Below, piece by piece: positions 18,293 to 34,137 of a DNA stretch of 64,000 nucleotides. The notes beneath the pieces are model-generated. The model did not search any database. It worked only from the letters and a program-made list of their open reading frames with translations, and had not been told where the DNA came from. The translations under genes were made by a program, and so were the position numbers. The DNA is taken from the NCBI RefSeq assembly GCF_009914755.1, contig NC_060928.1. The stretch is one strand, 5' to 3'. Numbering within the stretch: position 1 is the first letter of the stretch; every line of letters starts with the position of its first letter. Source of the DNA: the human T2T-CHM13v2.0 reference genome, Homo sapiens.

Positions 18293-19455
18293 AGACAAAA
18301 CTTGGATTAAGATACTCTTCTGTCCTCAAGAACAGAATTCAAGAAAAATATAAAATAGCTTTAATATAAGGTAGGTCTTAATATAAGACCTGGTAAAGGC
18401 ATAAGCTGAGTGCATAATTCAGGGGGGGAAAGGGATGTGACATCCAAATGAGAACAGGGAGGGCGTAACCAAGAACTTGGCATCTAGATGTATCTGGAAG
18501 ATGGCTTGAATTTTTACAGATGAAAATGAAAAAAAGTATTCCTGGTGAATAGAACAGCAAGAGAAAATGTGAAAAGTTGAGAAAATGTAGCACATTTTCA
18601 AGAAAAAAAAAGCAAATTGATGAGTTTGACTTGAGTGTAGAGAATAAAATAAGTCATGAGAGGTTATACAGAGACAGCCAATTATAGAGGGTCCTAAATA
18701 CCAGGCTGAAGGATACATACTCAGTTTGAAATATGCAAGTGGGTCTCTGAAGATGTTGATCAGGGGATTACAAGACAGAATGTTTTGAGGGAAAAAAGGA
18801 GAAAGCTAAAGAAACTGTGTGTAGCAAGGCCTCTTGACAGTGAAGAGTCAGGCAGGCAGGCTGAGGGTGAGGCAGGTTCCAGATAATGTCAATAGCTTAA
18901 GGGGAAGACAAAATATTGGAGCAGTCAAATGTCAGTGGAAGCAATTAGATATGGACTGTAGGATTGCGAGGAGTATGGTGACATGAAAGTTTCTTTCACT
19001 CTTTCAAGGTCCCAGAGACTCTCAGGATTCTGTGACAGAAGCTCCCCTGTCGGTGAATGCTGTTACCCTAAATTCCTCACTTTCTCTGGTAGTTATCAGA
19101 ACTAGGAGTTGCTCAGCATATTAGCAAAATTAAAGGGGAAGAAAAAAGTTCTAGATGTGCCCTATTTCCAAAGTAAATATAGTCCCTCCAAAATGTGGGT
19201 AAATAAAATTTTTAAAGATCAAATTATGTGCTATATATCCAGGAATCTTGGAGTACAAGATTTCCTTTTGCAAAACAAAGGATCATTTTGTGCCAAAAGT
19301 AGCTGCCCAATAATTTCTATCTTTCAACCTTCTTTTAAACCTACTGCCTCTTTCTAATAAATCTAAAAATCTCAGGCCCTTTTTAAATGTTATTCAAACT
19401 TTCAATGTAAAATGATTAAGAACACATCAAAGTAATTATACAATGAAATGTGCTT

Positions 19456-19674
19456 TTTTTATTATTATACTTTAAGTTCTAGGGTACATGTGCACAACGT
19501 GCAGGTTTGTTACATATGTTTACATGTGCCATGTTGGTGTGTTGCACCCATTAACTCGTCATTTACATTAGGTATATCTCCTAATGCTATCCCTCCTCCC
19601 TTCCCCCACCCCATGACAGGCCCTGGTGTGTGATGTTCCCCAACCTGTGTCCAAGTGTTCTCATTGTTCAAAGC
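19456..19674 (-). mobile_element. 5'-truncated L1PA 3' end (~220 bp)
   Basis: TATACTTTAAGTTCTAGGGTACATGTGCACAACG; TSD TGAAATGTGCTT at 19444-19455 and 19675-19686. Confidence 0.92.
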
Positions 19675-20483
19675 TGAAATGTGCTTCTTAAAACAATATA
19701 TGCTCCTACTGATTCTGATGTCACCACCAGCTACCTCCCAGAATACACCCTTATCCCACACCAAAAGACCTCTACAATATTTGAACAAAAGCACTGACTC
19801 TAAAACAGAGTCATTGTTTGCAAAAAAAAAAAGATACACCATTTGAACTTTGCTGTCTCAGAGCTAATTGCACAATCAAAAGAGGGCAAGTTTATTAGTG
19901 AAACTTCCTAATTATCTTTACACTAAAGAAGCTAACTACAAACAGAAAAAAAAAGAATACTCCAAAAGTCATATATTTTTTGGAATGCTAATAGATTTGC
20001 TTTTCTAATTATGTTTAATGTAACTTATTATTGCATTTCCTAATCCCACACTGACATAACATAGGAGACAGATCACAAACAGTGCGGATTAGAAGAAGCC
20101 AGTGAAAGTTTCAAAATGTGTTGGAAAAACCCGTAAAACAGAAAACTCATACAGTATCTTGAGAACCAAGATACAGTAAGGGCAGTGACTTAAAAGACCT
20201 GTAAATAGTCCTTCACAATTTTTTCTGTCATCATCTTTTTAGGTTGGTAGTGTTACATTACAATTGAAAAATTCATTCCTATCGTTCTATAATTTTTTTA
20301 AATTTCATGTGGTTTTTTTCCTTGCTTTTTTCTTTCTTGCTCCTCATATGGTTCCCCACCTTCTGCAGCACCTAGACACGATCCATCAGCTAGATAGTCA
20401 TTTCTCAGGAAAGTACTGATGCAAAAAGGGAGGAAAGTCATCAAATGAGTTGTCGTTTTCATTTTTACAGATGAAAACACTGA

Positions 20484-20886
<403 letters not shown>

Positions 20887-21180
20887 AAAATTTACTTAAC
20901 TTTTATTAGATAATTTTATCTAAAAATGGGTTCATGAAGGCAGGGGAGAGATATGCTAAGATTCATATTTGTGATACTTGCATTTTTTTAAATTCCACAT
21001 ATAAATATAAAAATTAGGGGTAAAAATGTTAAGAAAACACTTGCTTTTTTAGGTTTTCGTTAAGCCATGTGGTTTTATAAAGTTATCTATAAAATTGTTC
21101 AGATTATTTTACATAGTTTGGTCTAAACTTAAGCCAATAAGAATATTTAGGCAGATGTCCAGTCTAAAATAAACCTATCA

Positions 21181-21563
<383 letters not shown>

Positions 21564-22517
21564 TCATGAGGATTTGTTCTTACTCAAATTATTTGAGCAT
21601 ATTTTGTTGTAGCATATACACAGTATTTTGAGAATTACAAACCCAAAGCAATGCATAGAGAATGTGCCCAATAAGAGAATTGAATGCATAAATAAGTTAA
21701 ATTGAATAGACAGCAAAAGGATAGGTAGGTGTAATAAGAAAACTTGAGAATGGAAATAGAAGCAGGATAATTTCAGTGATATCTTATAATAAAATGACAA
21801 TTGGGAAATGAATGATTTAACTCATTGATGCTTCTACATAATTTATTTGTGTTTTTAAATTCCAGGTGCGTTTAAAATAAAGGTAAGTCTAAAATTATAT
21901 CAAGATTTTTTGTGCGCTAGAAATGCTAAAAACTTGATATTTTGTATTATTTGTTGACTTATTTTAAGGGAAATTAAGTCACATTAAAGATTATTTAAAG
22001 ATTTGTTTCCAATATGAAAAATTCGATATTCTTGTGCCCTGTGACCTACTTATCCACTTTTTGGTTTTTGTTGTTTCAGTATTCAATAATATGCTGAGAT
22101 ATTTTAGAAAATGAAAATTTTCATACTTAATTTCTCAAGCATATTAACAAATTGCATCACATATGAACAGCTGCATATAAAGTGGACCAATGTCTTTGAA
22201 CAAAGCAGTGAATGCCCTCTAGTGTTTCTTGCTAGAATATCTGTTTTAATAACAGAAAGATAAATTATATATTTAAATGATATTTTTATAACTATTTAAA
22301 AAGTAAATTATAAAAAACAGAATCTGAATATGTAAAATGTCTCAAATGTAATAAAAAATAAGAGTAGCAATACATATTGTCCAATCTAAACAACAGATAT
22401 TATTGTAATGTATACATAATGGTGATAGAAATCAGAGATTTCCTGAGAGTTTTTCAGATGTGAAACATACATCAAGCCTCATTTCTAGTACTAATTTTCT
22501 AGCTAACTCTAAACTAA

Positions 22518-22777
<260 letters not shown>

Positions 22778-24866
22778 TGAAAGAAGAAGTCATTCTCAAA
22801 GCAGCAAATACACATATTTTGTCCCAAAAGCCATACCTGTGCCCTGTCCATGAGCATGCATACACAGAGCTTCTATCTCTAGAAGATAAAACACTATTCC
22901 CACGGGCATCTGCTGCCTCTGCTCAAGTCATCCTGTTAATAATGGCCATAGGGAAGCAGTAAAGAATACCATTTACCTGGACACTCGCCAAGCCTGCAAT
23001 TTTCCAGTGTGCCTTGACTTAACTTTACACGGCAGCAATCATTTCAAGAATATACAATCCCAAGAATAAAAAAATACCAATACCTCAGTGATAAGCACCA
23101 GTGCCTGGTCTATCTAGTGTAGCATTTGCTTAGAGAGAAGAAACGAACATCAAAAACCATGTTGGTGAATATCTGAGCTTGTCATGACTTAACAGATAGT
23201 GCATGTCATCTTAGAAACTAAGGAAAGTGATTATAACTGTCACAAATGAAAAAAGTCATTGGAAAATATTTGAGTTGACTACATCAAGTAGTGAGTATCT
23301 GTTATTTTCTTGCCCAGCATCCCTTCACTTTCTTTTGGGGACCACCCCTCTTGTATTGCACAAAACTGGCATTTCACGGAAGGTATTTTACTTTCTTCAG
23401 GACCAAGGAATGGGCTCAGAGTGCAACCTTACCCAGACTTTAACTTAAGGAGTATCTTAGGCAGAGCAAAGAGGGGATGAAAAGTTTCTCCCTAGACCTC
23501 AGAGCCTCCTGTTCCTGCACTTCCCAAGGCCTAGATGTTCAGCTTTTCCTTGGAGTCTGTGTGAAATATCAGTAGCTCATTTTTTCCTCTTTTTGCTTAA
23601 GTTAACCAGAATAAGGATGCCTAATTAAACTACTTCATAATAACAGTGTTATACTTATCACAGTTAAGTGGTTGCATAAAGCATGAAGAACAAAATTAAG
23701 TGGAATAATTATTTTGTATTTTAACTACAAATGAATAATTTATGGACAATATTTTATCATGTAAGAACATTATCAGCTATAGTTTTAAAACAGGATTTGT
23801 GGAGATGTTACATTATTAATTTACTTTCATGAAAACCTATAAAAGAGCACAATAAAAAAATTAAAACAAAAATATTATTCATTGCTCAGGTCTACAGATA
23901 AACAAAGATGTCTTCTTTCATTCTGTGCTTTAATTGTCAGGTTCTATAAAAATGTGTTTCCTCCACCACTGCCTCAAAAATTGAAGGGAGAGAATTAACC
24001 TCTCTGTCTCTCCAGATCTTTCATGCAATTCAAATTTACACTTAGTTTTGTTTCCATTTTTAACCTACCAAAAGGTAGCTAAGTTATAATATTTGTCTTT
24101 ATTAGTAAATAATCTATGTATTTTACATGAAAGAAGCAAAGCAAAATAAGATCTATTTTAAAACATATTTGTTTATTTAAATAGTTGTTTCAGAAAATTT
24201 TTACTTAAATATCTTTACATGTACTATAAATGTCAAAATTCCTATGAAAGATCAGAATACCTACTTATATTTTTAGCAGATAATTTTATTAGAAATACAA
24301 TTAAACTATGATTATATAAACCTTAAAAATGCAATGTGCTTTAGTTTACTGAGTGTTCTCAAGTGGGTTATTTCATTTAAGCCTTATGACCATGTGAATG
24401 GGAGTCAGAGAGTTATAGCCCCATCTTACAGATAAGGAAAGGGAAGTTTAACGAAGGTAAGTGGCTTACCCAAGGTAAGTGAAGCCAAGACTCAGATGCA
24501 GATATTCTACCTCCCAGGCTATGGTTTCTTTCCATTCTCTTATACTACAAAGTAATCTGAGGTTTTATTTTCCTAGAGTTGCATTAACCTCTTAGTGTAA
24601 ATATCAGTGAGATAGAAGCAAACCAAGCACATGGAATGACACAAGATCCCTGGGCAGTTTCCAGAAATCGCAAGTTACTGGTGCTTATTGCCTTTCTATC
24701 AGGAACTGAAGTGTCTTTCACTTCACATAGTTGATTATTCTCTAGGATACTCCAATAATGTATATCCCATTTCAATGAGAGCCAACAAATCTGAATATGC
24801 ATTTGCATCATCACCAGCACTTAATATTGAAAAATAACACTAAATATGATTTGTTGTGTGGGTTAA

Positions 24867-25198
<332 letters not shown>

Positions 25199-25814
25199 TA
25201 GAAGCGATGTTGGATTTGCATTGATTTATCATCACTCTTGTCCAAAAGCCCTTGTGACTAGTGCAAACAATAACATGCTGACTAAATTAAGTAATTAAGT
25301 ATATTATTTTAATATACTTTGGTCAACTCTATCAGTTAAAAATTGGAGGCTTTTGACCCTATCTTTAATATTTTTATTATATAAATTTATTTATATTTAT
25401 TAATCCTGTCTTTGCATCTGTTTCTCTGAGATCCTGGAGAATTAAAGGATCACAGAGAGCCTTTATACCTTATATGGTATATAGTTATATCATGTAAATA
25501 GTATAATTACTTTGAATTTTAACTATAACATCCTTTGAGATCTTATAGTTAAAATACAAAATAATTATACCATTTTATTTCATTCTTCATGCTTTGATGC
25601 CATGGAGCATCAAAGTGTCAAGTGGTTCCCTAGGACACATGAGCTTTTCCACACCATGCACTAATTAGCAAAGCTCAAAGAGACCCGGACCTGAGTTTAA
25701 GATTTCAAAATCTAATTTAATGCATAAGAACCAAATAGTAGATCACCCAGATATTAGAAAATAAGATCAATGTCTCCACTTGCTCATTTTTCATAAAAGT
25801 TCCAGAAGGGAAAT

Positions 25815-26225
25815 TGTGTTAGCCCAGGACCTCAGAGAAACAGATACAAAGACAGGATTAAATATGTCAGGATTTTAATAGTGGGAAATGCCTGTGTAAA
25901 AAGAAATAAAGAAGGAGCTAGGAAAGGCTGGGACAGCTGTCGGACTGCATCCAAGTCTGACCCCAGGATGAGGGAGAGAAGGTTGAATGGAAGAATCCTA
26001 CACTACTCTGCAGTCTAAGGATTGTTTGTCAAAGCCATGGGGAAGTACTCCAGCCTAAGCGGTGGACAAAGGAGCCCCACCTGTCTTCCGGGACTAAGAC
26101 GGCCTCAGTATCGCCACAGCATTCAGTCAGTCCATTGGTAACAGCAATGAATGGGAGGTGTGGCTGACTTCAAAGCACAGCAGCTGGGTGCTCTGTCTGT
26201 GAGGTGCATTTTCATGCCTGCCAAA
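25815..26225 (-). mobile_element. Old ERVL-class LTR (LTR16/LTR33-like)
   Basis: TGTGTTAGCCCAGGACCTCAGAGAAACAGA..GGATTTTAATAGTGGGAAATGCCTGTG pattern. Confidence 0.5.
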
Positions 26226-28514
26226 GATAGGATGAAGGGAAGGTGCATGAGAGAAGTTTCTCTAAAATCTTTTAAAATGTTAAAGGAAACATTTTTTATC
26301 AGACATACATTAATTACTTCATAAAAGAACTAAGTCCCTGTAATTTTGGAACAATATCAATAGCATTACTATAAACAGAAAATCGAGAAAAGCATTTTGA
26401 ATTTCAATTTTTAGAAAATGTAAAATCATCAAATCATTTTAAAAAGTCTATAGTTTCATTCAACACCAGGTGGAGCCCTTTTGCTTTTCAAAACTAAAAG
26501 AGGAAACTTCTTCATTTAATACAGGCTTAGGCTGATTATTTCACAACTCTTAAGTCATCATTTTAAATCATTTTAAGACTTTTGCATTATATTTATCACC
26601 ATTGTAAACCTGATTTTTTTCCAAATACCATGGACTAGCTAAAACTGCAATGTTAATATAAAGCAACCAATTCCAATATTGTTAAATATCTAAAATAAAG
26701 TTTTTAATAATATTGTTTTAAACATCTGTATACTTTTAAAGGAAAGAGTAAAATGTGATTTAAATTTCATATTCAATACTTAAACAAATTGAACTACTTA
26801 AAATGCTCTCCCGAATCTCTAACTTGCTACGTCATCATTCTTTTTATCCAAAATACCTTCTCTATAGAAAATGTATTGCTTTAAAACAGGTTTCAGTTAG
26901 CAAGCAATGAGTTTCTGAAAATATATATATTTAAAAAGCAAAAAAAAATTAAGTTTAAAAAACACGTTTCAGGTTATAAAGTATAATATTTTTAATATCT
27001 GTCCTGTGCCAATCAGAAAGTATAGGATAAAAATAACAATGTTTATAAAGTAGACATGCTTTTTCCAAGTAAATTGTAACAGCAAGGAGGCATTATTTAT
27101 TCTGTGTCTATGCTTCAGAATTCTGTCCTTCTCATTGCAGGGAAATAGAAACAGATAAATATAAATATATTTTTGTAATAAAAATGTTAATGATAGGGTT
27201 AAAAGCCCCCAATTTTTAACTGACAGAGTTGACAACAGTATATTAAAAGTGTATATTTAATGGCATAGTTCGTATACATTTTTATTTATTCATCCATCCA
27301 AGAAATACTTACAGAGATCTTGCTATATGCTGAAGAGACAGGAATAAATAAGACATTCATAGTACCTGCCCTTGAAAGTTCAGAAGGCATTCAATGAAGC
27401 AAGCATTATAATAAAAGCTATTGTAATTAAGGAAATACACAGTACTCTGGAAGCACCCAGCAAGGGAACCTAAGGGCTAACCTAATCTGGGGACACGGAA
27501 GACCTTCCAAAGAATTGAAATTTAAGCTGAGACTCCTCAGTAGGAGAGAATGAGGCAAAGAACAAAAGGCAGGGTTGGGGTTTTTATGCTTATTTTATTT
27601 TTATTGACATATAATAATTTTACATAGTTAATAGGGTACCACACGATATTTAGATACATGTATATATTGTGTAACCATCAAATCAGGATAAAAGGTAGGG
27701 TGTTTAATGTGAGCAAACAGGTTTTAAAAGGCCTTTGGGTGAGATAAAGTAGGTCAAATTCTAGAAGGTAAAACCATTTCAACATAGCTAAAACACAGAG
27801 CTCTAGAGGAAGGGTGAAAATAGAAGACCTGAAGAGATTTGTGAGAACCAAATTGTGGAGGCTCTTTCAACAGAATCAGGAAATTTGGATTTTATCCAAA
27901 AACAATGGAAAGCATAAATCAAGGTTCTGAGTTAAAACATGAAAGAAAGCATGTGATAACCAGATTTAGAAGTGTTTAGTGTCTACAAGAGCAGTATATT
28001 TGATGAATCATCAGTACCTCTACCAAAGTAAACTACTTACTTAGACATGATAATTTCAGCTTTTCTTATCCATTAGAATAGTAGCATTGAAATACAAGCT
28101 CAGTTTATATAATGATTGTTGATTTCAATGACATTTTTACCATCATACCTCTTGAAAAGTTATACTGACTTTCACATTATCTGGGTTTTTTTTTTTCTTG
28201 TTATAATTACCTTTCCCAAAAAAACATGCTAAGTAGATTTACTGTAAAAACTGATATTTCAATATTACAATTTTAGAAAAAGTCACCATTTTACTCAATA
28301 CATTTCTAGTCAGGAAATTTCAAAATGGAGCAAATTTGAATTGAGTTCCACGTCTGGATGGTCCAAAAATATTTTTCTGTGTGGACCTATGCCAACAGAT
28401 CTATGCTCTGCAGTTTGCGCTACACATTAGCTATTTCCGTGTGTTTCAAAGCACTGTAATGTCTACCCTGTATTTTTCTTTGAAGGCGGCCTTAACTGTT
28501 ATAAACTTTATTTT

Positions 28515-28545
<31 letters not shown>

Positions 28546-28784
28546 TTTTGAGACGGAGTCTCGCACCGTCGCCCAGGCTGGAGTGCAGTGGCGCGATCTT
28601 GGCTCACTGCAAGCTCCGCCTCGCGGGTTCACGCCATTGTCCCGCCTCAGCCTCCCGAGTAGCTGGAACTGCACGGGGTTTCACCATGTTAGCCAGGATG
28701 GTCTGGGATCTCCTGACCTCGTGATCCGCCCACCTCGGCCTCCCAAAGTGCTGGAATTACAGGCGTGAGCCACCGCGCCCGGCC
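28515..28784 (-). mobile_element. AluY with internal deletion and (TTTA)n tail
   Basis: CpG-rich antisense Alu lacking the linker; TSD TATAAACTTTATTTT. Confidence 0.92.
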
Positions 28785-29787
28785 TATAAACTTTATTTTT
28801 AAGTGTAATTTGAGTGCAAATAATTGTGATCTCCCTAAAGTCAAAAAAATTGATGAAGATCATGCAGAAAAAAAGAATGCACCTTTCAAAGAATGACTCC
28901 CCAACCCCCCACATCCTCCTTCGCCACCCACTATGAAGCCATTTCTTCCTCCTTTGGAGAATATAATAAATCTTCATCATGTTACATTTTATGTATGACC
29001 TGTTTATTTACTTTCAAGTTGTTTTTATTACTTATATTTATATTATTCAAATGACCTTTTTTCTATCTGTGAAAAGTGTTTGGTTATCTTGGGTTGAGAC
29101 GGCATACACTGTAATTTTCCTGTTAAGTTTCACAGAAAGAAATTTTTTAAAAATTTAAATTTATGCCATAATTTTAAGGCATATCATTAAAGAGTATTTA
29201 TTTATCTGTCTCTTTTTTAACTGCCTGCTCCTGTCTTTTCATTTTTCTTTTGGGGTTTTAGTCTCTTTTCACTCCTTAATTTTTTAAACTAAAAAAAGTG
29301 TTATTTAGCTATAATTGACATACAATAAGTGGCACACATTTAAAATATTTAACTTGATGAGCTTTGACATATGCATATGTATAACAATCACACCGATTTC
29401 CCCCCACATGAAAAGATGCATAATTTCACATATAATTAGAAATGCCAAATACTAACACAATTTTTCACGTTTTAGATAGGCAAAAATTCAGGAGCTTTTC
29501 CATACACACCATTAAGGAGAAATGAACAGGGCACTCTCAAACTTTTTACATGGCACTACAAGATGATGTAATCTATTAGGAGGGTATTAGCAAATTGCAT
29601 GTGCATTTATTCTTTGTTCCAGCATTTTTACTTCTAGGAATTTACCCTGAAGGTATACCTCACCCAAAACAAAAGGTTATTCAATATGGCATTACTGATA
29701 ATAGTAAAATATTAGGAACGATCAAAATGCCCATGCATAGGAACCTGGTTGAATAAACAAGATGCAGTATTATGCAGGTCTAAAATT

Positions 29788-30074
29788 GAACAAAGAGCTG
29801 GGACTCCCTCCCTCACAAGGTGCACAGAAATGTGAGAGACCTGCACAGAACTGTCTCTCTCCCAACACCCAGATCTTGGTGTCTAAATACCACCCCTTAC
29901 TTTTAAATAAATACACAAATAATTTTTAAAATGAATTTCTTTGATAAACAGTTGATTATAAATTTGGAGCAAGGAAAGTTCAAGGTGAATTTGAAATATT
30001 GTACTGTGTTGGAAAGCAAAAGAATCCTGAAAAATTGATGGAGATGTTCAAAGGAACACTGGAGTCAGAACAAT
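29788..30074 (+). repeat. Copy 1 of ~286-bp dispersed direct duplication (copy 2 at 30907-31191)
   Basis: Near-identical sequence read directly. Confidence 0.95.
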
Positions 30075-30484
30075 ACCAAATTGGTAACATAATCAGAAAA
30101 AAAAGAGAATTGAAGTATCTTTATAGTACAGTAATGTGACTGCATCTTGGGTGTGATATACTGTAAGGACAAAAAAAACTGCAAACAACTACTGAACTTA
30201 TAATGACTTTAGCATAATAATTCTAATCCCAATTTATATGAAAGGCAGGAAAGAGCAATTGTGTGAATATATTGATATTCTTAGGAACTGGGGCTCTCTC
30301 TGTTGGAGAAGGGAGATGTAAATATGGATTAGGGGAAGGAGAGGAAGAACTTAATGGCATTGTTTTGAAATAGGAGTTGTTAGTATCAACTTGTGATTTT
30401 TTAAAAATATATTCCTAGTTTTCTCCATTGAAAAGGCATGGAAGCAATGATACATCAGTAGCAGTAAACACACCCATTCCCCAG

Positions 30485-30986
30485 TGTCAAGAATACAGAG
30501 TCTGAGATTTTATCCTACTTGAAACCTGACAAGCTAGCCTGCCAGTTTCATGAATGCCAGCAGAACACAAGAAACTCCTGGGTCAGCAACAAAGGACTTT
30601 ATTATTCGTGGAAATAGAGTTCCCAGAGTACAGCATTTGCTCCTGTTCTCCAACCTCAATTCCCACAGAGCAACGTGAAAAGAACCAAGTGACGTCTGCA
30701 CACGCAATGGGTTCTGTTATAGGAAAAAAACCCTGAACTTAGCCGAATCTTGTAGAATGGGAAGGCTGTCTGACATTTGCCCCAGAGAGAGACATTATCT
30801 TGATTACACTGGACAGTAAACAAACCTGGCCTTTGTTATGGAGAAAGACATTATCTCTATCTTCCAAGGCTGTTCACTTCACAAACACCCTGGAAAAAGG
30901 AGTCCAGAACAAAGAGTTGGGACTCCCTCCATCACAAGGTGCACAGAAATGTGAGAGATCTGCACAGAATTGTCTCTCTCCCAACA
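30485..30986 (-). mobile_element. Solo LTR (ERV class, subfamily uncertain) inserted in an old L1MC-like element
   Basis: TG...CA ends; 5-bp TSD CCCAG at 30480-30484 and 30987-30991. Confidence 0.75.
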
Positions 30987-31656
30987 CCCAGATCTTGGTG
31001 TCTAAATACCACTCCTTACTTTTAAATAAATACATAAATAATTTTTAATGAATTTCTTTGATAAACAGTTGATTACAAATTTGGAGCAAGGAAAGTTCAA
31101 GGTGAATTTGAAATATTGTATTGTGCTGGAAAGCAAAAGAATTCTGAAAAATTGATGGAGATGTTCAAAGGACCACTGGAGTCAGAACAATTTAAGCATC
31201 AAAAAGAATAACTATGGAATGGATTTTAACACATTAAAAATAGAAAAAGAATCTGCAAGGCAACAGTGATCCTTTAAAAAGGTAGAGGGAGTTCATCCTT
31301 AAAAGAATGCCAGCTAATAATATAAAAGCAATGAGAGAATGAGAAAATAGGTATGAATCTTCCATGGACACCAAAACTCTTGGTTAAAAAGTTATTGAGG
31401 AACACAGACTCCAAACATCACTCCAAAGATTGTTTATTGATTACAAATGGGAAAAGTTACTATTACAGTGGAGAAATCTAGCAGACACCACCTTAACCAA
31501 GTGCTTAAACTCATCATTACCAATGATGAGGCAAGTTGACATTATATGCAACCTGGAGGGATGCATTGAAAGCAGTATCACCTACGTATTATTCATATTA
31601 AAACATGTTTAACCTGATACAGTCATAAGGAAACTATAAGATAAATCCACATCATG

Positions 31657-31928
31657 GGCCAGGCATGGTGGCTCACATCTGTAATCCCAGCACTGTGGAA
31701 AGCAAGGTAGATCGCTTGAGCCCAGCAGTACAAGACCAGACTTGGCAACATGGCGAAACCCCATCTCTAATAAAAATGCAAAATAAATTAGCTGGGTGTG
31801 GTGGCACATGTCTGTAGACCCAGCTACTGGGGAGGCTGAGGTGAGAGGATTGCTTCAGCCTGGGAGGCAATGGTGCAGCAAGTCGAGATCGCGTCACTGC
31901 ACTCCAACCTGGGTGACAGAGACCCAGT
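31657..31928 (+). mobile_element. Alu (AluJ-like) with (TA)n tail
   Basis: Alu dimer. Confidence 0.92.
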
Positions 31929-32599
31929 ATATATATATATATATTTTTTAAATCCAAATTGTGGCCTATTCTACAAAACAACTGGCCTAGACTTTTCATA
32001 GATGTCAATACCAAAACCAGAAAAAAAAAGGACTGGTAGTATGTTTAAAATGAAAGATTAAAGAGACATGACAACTTAATGCACAAATAATTATTGATTG
32101 GCTTCTAGCTTTTTTAAAAAAATAACTAAAATATTATTGAAAAATTTGGAAATCTGAAAATGTGGACCATTTATTAGATAACACTAATGTGTCAGTCATA
32201 TTGTGATAATAATATTGTGGTTACATAACAGAATGTCTTTTTTCTTTGGAAACAGATGCTAAAGTATTAGGAAAAAAACAATGTGACCTCCGCAACTTAT
32301 TTTCAAAGAATTTGGAAAAACGGAGATTATGAATGTAAAAAATGCTCATTGATGAATTCTAGGTGAAGAGCATATAGATGTTCATTTCAACTTCTTTGAG
32401 GGTTGGCAATTTTTCAAAATAAAAAAGTTGAGAAAAAATTAATAAATCACATTCCCTGGTCATCTTTCCAACCTGTATTCCTGATCTCTTACAAACGTTC
32501 AGCCCACCCATTTTTAGGATCATTTAAATTACCTCTTTGGAAACATTTTCCTATTTTCTTATTATCTTATTATGGAGTCTATTAAAACTATGCATGGAA

Positions 32600-33250
32600 T
32601 TTTGCTATCAGAGCACATGACTTTGACCTAGGGTAGATGATAACCTTTATTTTGTATCAACATTTTGTTTAAAATCTTGAATTTCTAGGCTGTCGACACT
32701 GAGATTACACCTTAACTGATTTTCAGGTCTTTCACCTGGTCCATAACTGATAACACATAGATAAATCTAATTTGGATTAATTTTTCATATATTTTCAATC
32801 ACTGAAATTAATATGCCTTTTTTGTCTATTCATGTAGTTACCAGTTTATTCCATAGTCATTAAAATTCCCAAAATAGCTTAGCAACAAGCAATATCTTCA
32901 AGTATGTCACTGCCTATTCTGACTTTCTAGTATTTATAAGTTGTTAAACCCATCCAGTTCTACCTTTCCTTTTGGAGGCCTCTATTGATGACAATTCTAT
33001 TCCCAGAGACTTTTCATTTTATGTCTCTAAGACTTTTTACACCTTTTAAATTGTCTACCCGCTTCATCTTTTCCCATTGCAACATTGATGGAAAATTTTG
33101 TGAAAGGCTTTTTGAATGATAAAACAAATTATGTCTATTGTTTCTGTGCATCCTTATTCATATATGCCCCCAAAATTAATATATGAGCCAGACACGATAA
33201 CTTTGAATAAATTGTGCTGTCTTTCCCCTACAGAAGGCATTTGCTTGAAG
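32600..33250 (-). mobile_element. Ancient L3/CR1 LINE remnant
   Basis: Minus-strand IDIICFIIQKAFHKI at ~33093-33140 resembles the CR1 RT motif VDIIYLDFxKAFDKV. Confidence 0.5.
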
Positions 33251-33765
33251 TTACCAAATTCCCTTTAGTCCATTAAAGGTCAGAACACTGATTTTTTGTG
33301 CAACCACTGCCTTATCTCCTCTTAGGTTTCCTCTCACTTCCTTAATTCTCAGTTATGTGAACACACCATCCTTATTTTTACAACTTCACTGTGTCATTAA
33401 TTATATCTGGACCACAACAGAATAAAAGACACTTAACAAAGGCACCGCGTCTTTGTAGCATTTCACTGTCTATTCCTACCTCCTACACAGGTTCTTACAC
33501 ATTCTTATGCTTACCTTTCATCCGTGTGATGCCATTAAAAGGAGAGTGAAGGGTGATACCATGCATTATGAGACAGCATTACTGTTAGCAGCTCACACAA
33601 ACACACAGCATCCAGTTGAATGTTCAAAACACACTCCCGTACTCTAAGACTGAGTTGTATCTTTCAAATGAAGAAGTCAGAGGTTTCACCGCTGGTGCTC
33701 TATGCCATTTAACGAATTTCCAGCTCCTGAAGAGGGAGGCATATGCCAGGCCCCAGAGAGAATAG

Positions 33766-34137
<372 letters not shown>

